Shown here one piece after another: positions 51,001 through 62,582 of a stretch of 64,000 nt of DNA. This stretch comes from Tubiluchus corallicola. Lineage: Eukaryota > Animalia > Priapulida. Location of the stretch: positions 29,315 through 93,314 of the forward strand of contig JAQGDQ010000809.1 in the NCBI GenBank assembly GCA_030141605.1. The letters run 5' to 3'. Position numbers and translations under genes: made by a program. The notes under the pieces were generated by a model that was not told the DNA's origin, ran no database searches, and saw only the letters and a program-made list of their open reading frames with translations. Each line of letters opens with the position of its first letter. The stretch's first letter is position 1.

Positions 51001-52911
51001 AAGCGTTGAGGATAAAAAAGCAAACATCTCAGCAAGAATTAAACGGAGGAAGGAGAGCGAATCACAAAAATTGTACAATATTTGGTAAACATTTCTTTCG
51101 GTTTTTCTGTAATTTGCTTGTAATTTAATTTATCATGCTAGGCGGCGTAAGTCTAAACGTTGATCATGTAAGCAGAGGCGGAAAATCTTACAAATGTCCC
51201 AGGGACTAAAAGTTGGCATCCTGGTGATGGATCAAGCCTAGAGATTTTTATAGAAGTATCTATTACCAAGATAATTGCAGTGGGTGGGGGTGGGTGAGGG
51301 GTGCAGCAAAGGGCCACAGACCCCCATGAATTTTCACCACTTACATGTATTCCTATTGCTAATACAGTTGATATCTTCAAACATTATTTTAGTTATTGTT
51401 ACATACTCACTCATAGTAATAATTAGTAGTTTATATACCCACCAATAACACATGGAGTTAAGTGATTTGAAACTGCGATGCTTAGCGAGATAATTTTCTC
51501 CTATCTTAAATATTGTTCCACAAAATTTCTTAGAACTATACTAAGAAAGGAGCCTTTTATTTTGTTTGACTCACAGTTCTATCGCTTTGCTGGGACACAA
51601 CTTCAAACAATAATTCTGCAAAATCTCTCACCCATCTAGGCACTTCTTATGTCTGATGTTGCTTAACTACTGAAGGAAGTTCTTTTGACTGCCAAAAAGT
51701 AATTATGCAGTGAAATTTTTAAGATATTAGCACACGACTTGTACTCGCTGGCAACTAGGTGGCAAGGCCACTTGTTACAGTAACTAACAATATAATTTAT
51801 AATATTAATACTAACCATTGGTGAGGCTTGGAAGGTTAACTAGGCTACTGCAAAAATCAATACATCTTCTTTTTACAACAGCAAGCCCCCTATTTATAGA
51901 ACGAGTTTGCTACCATCAGTTACAGTTACTGCATAATTACTATGCACATACATTTTACCTGCACGTTCTGTCACTGCCAAGTTTTTGTGTGTGATGCAAT
52001 ACGTAGGGACAAATTGCAGCATATGCAGATGCACAAAAATATTACCTTAAGTAATAATTGCATTGTAACTTTGATGAGGGGTAGAATGTGAAACATTTTT
52101 GTCATTTTTACTAATAAAGAGAGGAAAAAATCTAAACTTTTGCTGTTAAAATTTTGGAAAAAAATACTTCAAAAAAAAATTGTGTCCCTCTGCAAGAAGA
52201 CGTGTCCTGCAGACTACGTCTGCCAGTCCGGTAAAGTTTTCTAGCCTCACATGTAAGCCCATAAAAAATCGATTGTATAGCATTGTAAGTGTGCTTACCA
52301 ATTACCTTTGATTTGTGTTGATCAGGAAACAACAGAAAGATGAAGAAATTCGCAAGAAACTCAGGGAAACGATGCAGAAGAAATTTCACGAGACAAATCT
52401 CATGAACACTCAAAAGCTCATCAGAACACAGGTTAGTTGTGATTCTAATTATGTCTAATATATGCAGGCAATATGACTGAAATTATCTGATCATAGCCGA
52501 GTTGTAGAATTGATATTTGGTAATTTGTATTTTTAATATGCAATTTTTAATCTTCTCGAAATGCTACTAAAACCTTTTATTTTAATTCCATCAGCAGTAT
52601 TATTTTATTACTAGGGGGTGGTAGCCATGTGACTTGCTGCCAGCCTGCTTCTTGTTGATTGTTTTCTATTGTGAACTAACCATATTTAGGCAAACCATCT
52701 TTTGAATTGTTAGGCAATAAACTTGAATTGAATTGTGCATGTTTGTTAACAGGAGTCTAATAGACTGTTTGAAGAATGGACAGAGAGAAAAGCTAAAGAA
52801 GAGGAGAAAGACAAAATAGAGCATAGACGAAGACTTCTTCTTGAGATTTACAATCCTAAGCCAGCTTGGTGTCCACTTGGAAGAGGAAAGCCTGTAAATT
52901 CCTTGAGGTAG
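39083..52911 (+). CDS. MAP9: MAP9/ASAP-like microtubule-associated protein. Exons 39072-39300, 40013-40149, 41175-41334, 41965-42060, 43510-43817, 44741-44917, 45284-45345, 46175-46284, 47871-48099, 49073-49234, 50939-51084, 52326-52431, 52753-52911; true start uncertain
   Basis: All junctions GT-AG and phase-compatible. Low-complexity S/K/E-rich N-half. C-half has periodic Trp coiled-coil repeats (AVWEDWYLKR, AFRAWKEKK, VFEKWKEGK, YNIWKQQK, FEEWTERK) and a terminal PAWCP, like the MAP9 AVYQEW...FEAWK...FEKWK...PPWSP region. CCDC34/CCDC181-type relatives cannot be fully excluded. Confidence 0.8.
39368..39755. mobile_element. TIR MITE, copy 2 of the family at 7175-7561 (MAP9-like intron)
   Basis: Perfect TIR AAGCCTTTTCACAGTT / AACTGTGAAAAGGCTT and internal inverted repeat GGTCAAAGGTTAAGTGTACCA / TGGTACACTTAACCTTTGACC. 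Confidence 0.9.
42184..42996 (-). mobile_element. Internally deleted hAT DNA transposon retaining the C-terminal dimerisation domain
   Basis: TIRs TAGGGCTTCCGATTTTCC / GGAAAATCGTAGGCCCTA with flanking direct repeat GATTTG(T). ORF 42426-42677 FWSTIEPRYPNLAKIAKKYIWPPVSSVDVERSFS matches the hATC motif. Confidence 0.9.
46757..47117. mobile_element. Tc1/mariner-pogo (Tigger-like) MITE, ~360 bp
   Basis: TA|CAGTTAACCTCGGATATAAGA at left and TCTTATGACCAAGGTTAACTA at right (imperfect TIR); internal reiterated CCCTTATAAG motifs. Confidence 0.75.
49781..50072. mobile_element. Probable PIF/Harbinger-like MITE
   Basis: Inverted ends TTCAGACTA...GTTT / AAAC...TAGTCTGAA and internal AACTCGC repeats. TSD not resolved. 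Confidence 0.4.
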
Positions 52912-53088
52912 TCAGCCCAGAAGGAACACCATCCAGACAAAGCAACATTCACAGTCTGGGTTGTACTTGCTCTTCCTAACTACACCAATTTTTTCCTTGA
53001 GGTAGTCAGCCCAGAAGGAACACCATCCAGACAAAGCAACATTCACAGTCTGGGTTGTACTTGCTCTTCCTAACTACACCAATTTTTT
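52899..53088 (+). repeat. 94-bp perfect tandem duplication spanning the MAP9-like stop codon
   Basis: CCTTGAGGTAGTCAGCCCAG...CTACACCAATTTTTT occurs at 52901 and again at 52995. Confidence 0.95.
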
Positions 53089-54466
53089 ACTACGTCATCA
53101 CTACGTGAGTGAGTGTATTATTAGGTGTGTGTAAAGTTTGATGCTCATGTTCATATATAGCGAGTAAGTTTTTTGTGTGATTTATCTAAGAGGTTTGCCG
53201 GGTAGAAGAATGCTCTTTTATCTCATTTAATCACAAATCAGTATTGTTGCTGTATTTTCTCAAACACTTCCAGAGAAACTTCAATGAACTTCACAACAAA
53301 AAATGAAGATTTTTGCTTATTCTGGCCATGTGAAGTAATTCTTCATGCTCCAACTTTATTGTTGTACAGTTTTAGCGATTTTATGAAATTTTGCTCATAT
53401 TGATCTGAAACTTTTCTATGCTCATGGATGGGTTTATATCATGTTAAATAGTGTACGTCTTTGTAATGGTATAATAACAGTCAAAATAAATTATTAATCT
53501 CTCTTTGAATGTTAAGCTTTATATGAGAATAAGTGAGTGCACATTGTGTAGCGTGTGTGAATGTTTAAGTTACCCTATTATAAACTTATTTACTGACTGT
53601 TGCCTAATTATTAACCCATTTACAGTATTATCTTGTCTGTGTCATAGACTGCTCCATAATGTTAGTTTATAGGTTTGTGCTTAAGTAAATTTATGCTTTT
53701 TTGCAAGTAGTTATTGGTTTACCTGTATAAAGTTTGTTTCTGTTATGTATGATTGTACCACGGATGCCTTATATTAACATATCCATGCATTAATATGTAT
53801 TCATATATGTCAATAATGAGATATTGACCATTTTGATTCATGCGTGATGCAATTTAAAATTTCTCTACCAGTTGTTTCTATTAAGTGCTTTATATTAATA
53901 AAGAAAAGTGGTGTGGATTCTATAAATGGTCATTTGTGTGTGTGTCTTTGTTAATGAATGTTATGTGCAAATTAAATTTTGTCTGTTAATGCTAGAGTTA
54001 ACTGAATTAACAGTATACGGTTATATCACTTAAATCACAGATTTCCCTCAAATACTGATCAAGAGGTAAGAAGCTACCAGTGTATAGGCACTATGGAACT
54101 GCAGCAGTCTCCATTGCCACTCGATATTATCTTTCTATCTTTAATTCTTTCTTTATACTTGTACATACTTGTAATTTTGTAAAACTTTGTGTGGAACCAG
54201 AGCATGTGACAGAAGTGTGACCTTCGCAGCTCCAGCAATGTGATGTTTGGCTGATGTGCGCATCGTGCGTGTCTGAGATAAAATGGTGCACACTAGGTAG
54301 ATAGCACTGTCGCTCTTGCAGTGTCAACCCTGTTTTGCAAGCATAAGGTATAGTATTTCTTTTTGACTTATTATTAATCTTATTAATCTTTTTGCACAAA
54401 GTAAAACAAGGAGAATGGATTTCGTTTTTAAATGAATGGATCAAGTATGAACTGTTACATTTTTTT

Positions 54467-57085
54467 CAATTCAATTCAATTCAAAAGTTTATTTATATCC
54501 AATAATATATTCATAAGACCAGGAGGTCATCGAGTCAGCCGCCCCTATATAACTTAAGAATAGTGTAAAGGACTGCAGAATACATGGTTAGGCAGAAAAT
54601 ATATAGTTAAATGTTAATGAACAAAATGCAATGCAGTTAAATCATGATTATAACAACAACAACAGAGAGCAAGCAAATAATGCAGTTAAATCATAAATGC
54701 AACAAATGAACAAAAAGTAGTTAAATCATGAATGCAACAAATGAACAAAAATGTTGTTAAACCATGAATGCAACAAATGAACAAAAATGTTGTTAAACCA
54801 TGAATGCAACAAATGAACAAAAATGTTGTTAAACCATGAATGCAACAAATGAACAAAAATGTAGTTAAATCATGAATGCAACAAATGAACAAAATGCAGT
54901 TAAATCATGAATGCAACAAGGAAGAAAGTAAGCTAATATGGAGTTAAATCATAAATACAGCAAATGAAATGAAAAAATATAGTTAAGACATAAATGGAGC
55001 AAAAGAACAGAAGGCAAAAAAATGTTGAAAAATACCCCGGCCAAATGGAGACTTTTTTTGAGAAACTGCAGTCAGCAGATGTCTCAGCCATGTTAATGAA
55101 TGCACATCATGAGTACTAAGAAGTGAGATTAATCTCATTAATGCGACAAGTGCTGACAACAAAATAATACTAACACGTAAAAATGGAAAATAAAAAAACT
55201 AAAGATTGGACTTGATACAAAATGAAGGTTTACAAAGCAGTTTATCTGTTATAACAAAAAGTGTTCTGCTAAGTGTTGATGATAAGTATAAATAGAAATT
55301 TAATACAAAATATTAGCACTTTTGTTATCATAGGCTATGTAGGATATAGGCCAAATAGAATGTTAATACATTAATAAAATTTTAACAACACGAAATGCAA
55401 ATCAAAATTAATATAAATAATAATAATAATAACTGTAATATGTTGCAAATTCAAGAATTAAACAGGGACCAAATAATAAGCGAATTATAACAATTCATTG
55501 TTTTACTATGCTGTAGTAATTGACTAATAAAACTAATAACTTTATATGAGTATATTATGTGCATAGCTGGGAATATACTCTGGTTATTTTATTGTGGTAT
55601 ATAATTAATGCAAACAATATCATTCTATGTGGTCTGCAAAACTATAGTGCCAACCAGGTAAACAGATCTGACCATATTTTATTGAACTTAGAGATTCAGT
55701 ATTTAAAATAGGTAATATGACAGGGAGTAAAGCTTTGCCAATAGAATGCTAGGAAGATGTGAAATTGGACATTTTAGTCAGAGACAAGTTGACAGAGTTC
55801 ATTGAAACAGCCAATCATAGCTCGAAGGGATTTACGAGTGACGACAGTCATACACACTTACAAAAATAATTCTCAAATGTGAATTGTATCTCCCTAAAAC
55901 TGTTAAGACTTTAATAATGAAGAAAATTGAAGTTTTAAGCGAGACGTAAATTTTGAAAACACAGGATGTAACTATGTCGTATGGAACTGATTGCTCATGG
56001 CTTCATGATAGTTTTGTAAATTTTAACAATAGTGACTTAACGAAATTTTTTTGGCATTTATTTTTCTAAACTTGTTGAATTAAAACTTCTGTATCTTTGG
56101 AAATTTCTAAGAATATGACATAAAGCTTACTATGTTTGTATATAACCGTATGCACTGCCAATGTGATGATTTACAAGGAATTCGTTATCACCATTTTTGA
56201 AAAGGGGAATTACAACAGCTTGCTTTAATTGCTGGGGACTTGTCCACTACTAAGTGATGTATTGATTATATGACTAATAGGTGTGGCAATGGATGGCATG
56301 ATATCGTTAATAACCTTGGGAGAAAAATTGTCTATACCTGGACTTTTATTCGAGTTTAATGTTTTGCAGATATTTATTACCTCAGCAGGGCTGACTGGTT
56401 CAAAGAAGGAGTTAAGATAACTCCCCATTAAGTGTTCTGAATAATGCTTATATGAGTTTTCTATTTTGTTTGCAATAGTCGCGAAATATTCATTGAATTT
56501 ATCTGCTTTTACACTATTATTGGTCAGTATTTAATTATTGACATTGAGTTTTATATTAATTGATTTTTTACCTTTGTTCATTATTTCTTTCATTATTGTC
56601 CAGGTTTTCTTTATATTGTTTTTACAGTTTTCTAATATATTTTTGTAGTAATTAGTTTTAGCAAGTTTAATAAGATTCAGTATTCACTTTTTTTTTGATA
56701 TTGTTTTTTATTGATTAGAGAAAGTAAGATTACCTTTCAGTGTTAGCTTATACATTTTGTTTTTGTGTTTAATAGACTGCAATAAACCAGGTGTGATCCA
56801 GGGGTTCTTTGCTCTGTTTGGGTTAACTGTTAATTCTTTTCCTTGACATGAGTTGCATAAATATTCTGGAATTGTCATAGAACCTATTTGTAGCCTCATC
56901 AGTATTTGTCTTATCAAGAACTTCATCCCATGTAGTATTTGATAAGTCTTGAATTAAAGATGTTTTAATTTCCTGATTGTATGTAAATCTCCTATAAGAA
57001 GATTGCTGTGTTGATAAAGGCAATAATAAGTCGCTTATAAGAAATACAGGGTGGTGATCAGTGAAATCAGGTGTTCGTTGTGCCA
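54467..57085 (-). mobile_element. 5'-truncated, decayed CR1-type LINE (end of APE domain to 3' tail)
   Basis: PDFTDHHPVF (APE SDHxP motif), WDEVL, KNPWITPGLLQSIKHKNKMYK, KSPGIDNF, HIINTSLSSGQVP, VIPLFKNGD across frameshifts. Ends in a (TTGAA)n tail at ~54467-54483. Confidence 0.85.
54684..54920. repeat. 36-bp minisatellite (~6.5 copies) in the LINE 3' UTR
   Basis: GTTAAACCATGAATGCAACAAATGAACAAAAATGTT repeated; explains the FICCIHGLTTFL ORF. Confidence 0.92.
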
Positions 57086-57943
57086 AGCCATGCCAATCCA
57101 TTCATGTGGCCAGTATTCATCAATCACAAACCAATGCATGATGTCTTTGAAGCCATCTGGTAGATAATCACGAAAATATATAACAGTTCCATTCGATAAG
57201 TATCCACACCAGAAACTGAATGTACCCACCGTCATTATAACGTGTTGACACAGTTGACTAACAATACACATATCAACCTCAGGATCCTTGCTCATTGCTA
57301 TAAATACAACATCAGATCCTTTAATATTCTTCCTATTCCAGTTTATATCATCGCCAATCACAACAAACACAACATTGGTAAACTTTTCCCTCATGTAAGC
57401 CATTGCTTTGTTAAAGTAATCAATGGAAGGCATGCAACATGATGAAATGGTTTTTGAGAAATCAGTTCTTCGTAAGTGAATTCCTACTCTTGTGATCTGT
57501 TTTTCTAAAATGTTGTTGTCTTTAAATTTTAGTGGAAGTTGTGTATACAGATTGTGCTTAGCTATTGCTATTGTTTTTTGGTTAAATGAGAACTGGGTTC
57601 TTATAACTTCCTTCCAATTGTTAAAATATTTATAAGACTGAAGATATCCATATATGCTAATTCCACGTGTATGTGCAACATAGTCTTCTAAATATTGTGT
57701 CATGGGGTAGAATTTATCACACAACATTAATTTAATTTCTCGCATTTGGCGCTGATAAGCTTTGAATGTTGCAGTGCAAGTGAACACTGGTATTTCCAAC
57801 CGAGTAAATATACTATTTAATCTAAAAGAACCGGGCAACACTGCAGTAAGGTTATGCGCGCGGGCTATACCGTACAATGATGCGTATTGGAACATTTTAT
57901 TGCCCAATCTACCAACCACGTCTGCTACTGTAACATATCGCAC
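57035..57943 (-). CDS. Galactoside alpha-1,2-fucosyltransferase (GT11) catalytic domain; N-terminal anchor not found, possibly a pseudogene
   Basis: GRLGNKMFQYASLYGIA, GYLQSYKYF, VGIHLRRTDF (HxRRxD GDP-fucose motif), FVVIGDDINW, HVIMTVGTFSFWCGYL, YWPHEWIG. The ORF opens on GTG, with an in-frame TGA about 30 codons upstream. Confidence 0.9.
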   Translation of the reverse strand: MRYVTVADVVGRLGNKMFQYASLYGIARAHNLTAVLPGSFRLNSIFTRLEIPVFTCTATFKAYQRQMREIKLMLCDKFYPMTQYLEDYVAHTRGISIYGYLQSYKYFNNWKEVIRTQFSFNQKTIAIAKHNLYTQLPLKFKDNNILEKQITRVGIHLRRTDFSKTISSCCMPSIDYFNKAMAYMREKFTNVVFVVIGDDINWNRKNIKGSDVVFIAMSKDPEVDMCIVSQLCQHVIMTVGTFSFWCGYLSNGTVIYFRDYLPDGFKDIMHWFVIDEYWPHEWIGMAWHNEHLISLITTLYFL

Positions 57944-58252
57944 ATTATCATCAACATTGTCTATGTAGTTCTTCGCATGTACATCATTTGATTCCTTTTC
58001 ACATTCTTTTGCTATCTTTTCAGTCCAAGAACATCATCTTTCTTCAAAGCAGAAAGTCTCAAAGTTACAGCTCTATTTTTAACAAAAGCTGTCTCGCCGT
58101 TGCGAGTTAAAGAGCAAGAAGTCAACAGATGCAGAGTGAGTAGACGCTGAAACTTGCAGAGTCAACAGTTTTTGGTGGTGCACTTCTTTTCCATTTTTTC
58201 TGCGAATTGTGATGCTGTTAAAAAATAAAAGAGTGCAACATCGTCAGGAATT

Positions 58253-58963
58253 TGTAGTAATGTGGCATAGGTATGCGGTGCCTATAATAAAAATTAAACT
58301 AACTGATGACAATAATTACATTACGCTTTACCGGCGATGTGAACACACGTGCATCAACGGAAGTTTTCATGAGAAGGACCCGGATGTGAAAACAACTACG
58401 CCAACAACCAATCAAGAGCCTGCAGAGCTTTAGCGCGTGATTCAATATACTGCCTATTAAGGTCTATGCACGTGATCCGCCCGTGTTAACAAGACAATAA
58501 CCAATCAACAGTGTGCAGGTGGGTCCTGTCATCTGTCCAGAGTAGTATTTAAGGAGGACATATCCCGGGAAGACACATTCGCTGCTGACAAGGTCTGTTA
58601 CTACAAGGCCTGATAACAAACCCTGCTACCACAAGAGTTGCTAACAAACTCTGCTAACACAAGAGTTGTTAACAAACTCTGTTAACACAAGAGTTGCTAA
58701 CAAGCTCTGTTATCTCAAGAGCTGCCAGTTATAAGCCCTGAACCATAATAAAGCAATTAAATAAATAATTCAATGTTGCAAAATTGTCTATCAGCCAATA
58801 TTTCTCCAATGTCAGTTTTCCTGCTATAAACTTCAAGAACTAATTTGTGCTGAAGTATGCCTTAGGCTTAACAGTCAGATGAACCCAAGCCATTGGTGCA
58901 AAGTACCATCATCTGCACACGTTTCTGTTACGTGAACCCCTAGCCGCGTTACTAGTAACTACA
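58253..58963 (+). mobile_element. LTR-like element (possible solo LTR) with internal ~29-bp repeats
   Basis: Inverted termini TGTAGT...ACTACA; CCAATCA (~58501), TATTTAA (~58546), repeats ACAAGAGTTGCTAACAAACTCTG (58630-58720) and AATAAA (~58747). No clean TSD. Confidence 0.4.
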
Positions 58964-60261
58964 TTTACATTTACTAGTAACAGTTTCTCCTAAGATCTAA
59001 AATTCAGAGCAGTGTTGTCAATTATAATTTGAGGCTTCATGTAGTACTTACTTACTTGCTTGCTTGCTTGCCAGTCTTTTCAACATGATTTGAACAACCG
59101 GTATCTTCAACGCCGTAGTCGCGTATACGCACCTGCTCGTCATATACAACAATTGCAAACTTGCTACATGGGAACATGTACTAATGCGTATAAATTTTCC
59201 TCAAATACCAGTAAAATCCACACTAAGTTTCGTTTATTAATAATCAGTATACAAATCAGTAACAACAGTATACAAACATGTTTAATATTAGCTTATATCG
59301 ATTCCATTTTTTTTACTTTTCCAAGAACGGAGGTGAACGACTTAAAAAAGGACGAAAATTCCGATTTCCGGAATAAGTAACCTAGCTTGTCCCCTATGAT
59401 TCACAAATATACGGAAATTTTGCTGTATCACACGAGAAGTCATTCCACGTGTTCCCATTTGCCCACAGGATGGCGCAGCTTTCGCCATTGCCGTAATTAT
59501 CCCGTTGGCCATCTGCTACGTCCCAAGAAGTAAAAAGAGCAAGTCGGCCTGTTGCAAAGCACCTCCAGTCACCCTGATCGTGTATGTCGCTTAAACCAAT
59601 CCAAAAATGCTCACCAGCTTTATTATTATTATTACTGTATCATTATGCGTTTATTTCGTATAAAAATATACAGTTTACAAAGATAAAGATGTTAGTCAAA
59701 CAGGTAATGCGATGTTAGTAAAGTAACATATCTACAGACATTCAACTTTATAATAACCACACATTGTAGTTCCCTTGTAATTATATTACAGTATACAGTG
59801 TTGTAAGGAGCTATAATAGATATCTTAAAACAGGGGTGTGCAATGTACAGGCCTAATAACGATTTTTTTGCATCCGACCTGTGTACATCATTAATACTAC
59901 ACTCAAGAAACTATTTTAGAAGTTACGAAAATTTATATTACAAGCCATATATTTTTACTTTCAGAACAGATAGTGGTAATTTCATTACAATGCATATTAG
60001 TAATGTGTATCACACAGTCTGTGTAGTTCAGTGACATTAAGCTACAACCGTCTTGTAAGGGTTAATGGCATCCGATCTAGTAGAAAAAACTAACGTTTGT
60101 GAAGGTGTCAATCCTGCTTCAATAGCTGGTAGACGCTTAATGACGTTGTGTGAACAAAGGATATTGTTTGGCGTAACACTGCACGAACGGTAGAAAAATA
60201 TTTACATTAGAAATAGTACTAATTTGTTTGCAGCACCGTCAATTAATGGGTACATAAATTT

Positions 60262-62544
60262 CTCATTTCTCTTCCCTTTTCTTCTGTTCCCGTCCCTTCC
60301 ATTCTCCTTTCTTCTCTTCTCTTCCTTTCCCTTCCGTTCCCTTCCCTTCACTTCTCTTCCCTTCTCTTCTCTTCTCTTCTCTTCTCTTCTCTTCTCTTCT
60401 CTTCTCTTCTCTTCTCTTCTCTTCTCTTCTCTTCTCTTCTCTTCTCTTCTCTTCTCTTCTCTTCTCTTCTCTTCTCTTCTCTTCTCCTCTCTTCTCTTCT
60501 CTTCTCTTCTCTTCTCTTCTCTTTTCTTCTCTTTTCTTTTCTTCTCTTCTCTTCTCTTCTCTTCTCTTCTCTTCTCTTCTCTTGTCTTGTCTTGTCTTCT
60601 CTTTTCTTTCCATCCCTTCTCTTCTCTTCTCTTCTCTTCTCTTCTCTTCTCTTCTCTTCTCTTCTCTTCTCTTCTCTTCTCTTCTCTTCTCTTCTCTTCT
60701 CTTCTCTTCTCTTCTCTTCTCTTCTCTTCTCTTCTCTTCTCTTCTCTTCTCTTCTCTTCTCTTCTCTTCTCTTCTTTTCTCCTCTCCTCTCCTCTCCTCT
60801 CTTCTCTTCTCTTCTCTTCTCTTCTCTTCTCTTCTCTTCTCTTCTCTTCTCTTCTCTTCTCTTCTCTTCTCTTCTCTTCTCTTCTCTTCTCTTCTCTTCT
60901 CTTCTCTTCTCTTCTCTTCTCTTCTCTTCTCTTCTCTTCTCTTCTCTTGTCTTGTCTTGTCTTGTCTTTCCATCCCTTCTCTTCTCTTCTCTTGTCTTGT
61001 CTTGTCTTGTCTTGTCTTGTCTTGTCTTCTCTTCTCTTCTCTTCTCTTCTCTTCTCTTCTCTTCTCTTCTCTTCTCTTCTCTTCTCTTGTCTTGTCTTGT
61101 CTTGTCTTGTCTTGTCTTGTCTTGTCTTGTCTTGTCTTGTCTTGTCTTGTCTTCTCTTCTCTTCTCTTCTCTTCTCTTCTCTTCTCTTCTCTTCTCTTCT
61201 CTTCTCTTCTCTTCTCTTCTCTTCTCTTCTCTTCTCTTCTCTTCTCTTCTCTTCTCTTCTCTTCTCTTCTCTTCTCTTCTCTTCTCTTCTCTTCTCTTCT
61301 CTTCTCTTCTCTTCTCTTCTCTTCTCTTCTCTTCTCTTCTCTTCTCTTCTCTTCTCTTCTCTTCTCTTCTCTTCTCTTCCTCTTCTCTTCTCTTCTCTTC
61401 TCTTCCTCTTCTCTTCTCTTCTCTTCTCTTCTCTTCTCTTCTCTTCTCTTCTCTTCTCTTCTCTTCTCTTCTCTTCTCTTCTCTTCTCTTCTCTTCTCTT
61501 CTCTTCTCTTCTCTTCTCTTCTCTTCTCTTCTCTTCTCTTCTCTTCTCTTCTCTTCTCTTCTCTTCTCTTCTCTTCTCTTCTCTTCTCTTCTCTTCTCTT
61601 CTCTTCTCTTCTCTTCTCTTCTCTTCTCTTTCCTCCCTTCTCTTCTCTTGTCTTGTCTTGTCTTGTCTTGTCTTGTCTTGTCTTGTCTTGTCTTGTCTTG
61701 TCTTCTCTTCTCTTCTCTTCTCTTCTCTTCTCTCTTTTCTTTCTTTTCTCTCTCTCTTCTCTTCTCTCTTCTCTTCTTTTCTCTCTTCTCTTCTCTTCTC
61801 TTCTCTTCTCTTCTCTCTTCTCTTCTCTTCTCTTCTCTTCTCTTCTCTTCTCTTCTCTTCTCTTCTCTTCTCTTCTCTTCTCTTCTCTTCTCTTCTCTTC
61901 TCTTCTCTTGTCTTCTCTTCTCTTCTCTTCTCTTCTCTTTCCTCTCTTCTCTTCTCTTCTCTTCTCTTCTCTTCTCTTCTCTTCTCTTCTCTTCTCTTCT
62001 CTTCTCTTCTCTTCTCTCTCTTCTCTTTTTTCTTTTCTTTACTTTTCCTTTCTGTTCTTTTCTTTTCTGTTTTTTTCTTTTCTTTTCTTTTCTTTTCTCT
62101 TCTCTTCTCTTCTCTTCTCTTCTCTTCTCTTCTCTTCTCTTCTCTTCTCTTCTCTTCTCTTCTCTTCTCTTCTCTTCTCTTCTCTTCTCTTCTCTTCTCT
62201 TCTCTTCTCTTCTCTTGTCTTCTCTTCTCTTCTCTTCTCTTCTCTTCTCTTCTCTTCTCTTCTCTTCTCTTCTCTTCTCTTCTCTTCTCTTCTCTTCTCT
62301 TCTCTTCTCTTCTCTTCTCTTCTCTTCTCTTCTCTTCTCTTCTCTTCTCTTCTCTTCTCTTCTCTTCTCTTCTCTTCTCTTCTCTTCTCTTCTCTTCTCT
62401 TCTCTTCTCTTCTCTTCTCTTCTCTTCTCTTCTCTTCTCTTCTCTTCTCTTCTCTTCTCTTCTCTTCTCTTCTCTTCTCTTCTCTTCTCTTCTCTTCTCT
62501 TCTCTTCTCTTCTCTTCTCTTCTCTCCTTTTCTCTCATTTTCCT

Positions 62545-62580
<36 letters not shown>
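60262..62580. repeat. ~2.3 kb (CTTCT)n / (AAGAG)n simple satellite with CTTGT sub-blocks, ending in (CT)n
   Basis: Directly visible; accounts for all 236-811 aa REEKR/LFSSL ORFs. Confidence 0.99.
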
Positions 62581-62582
<2 letters not shown>

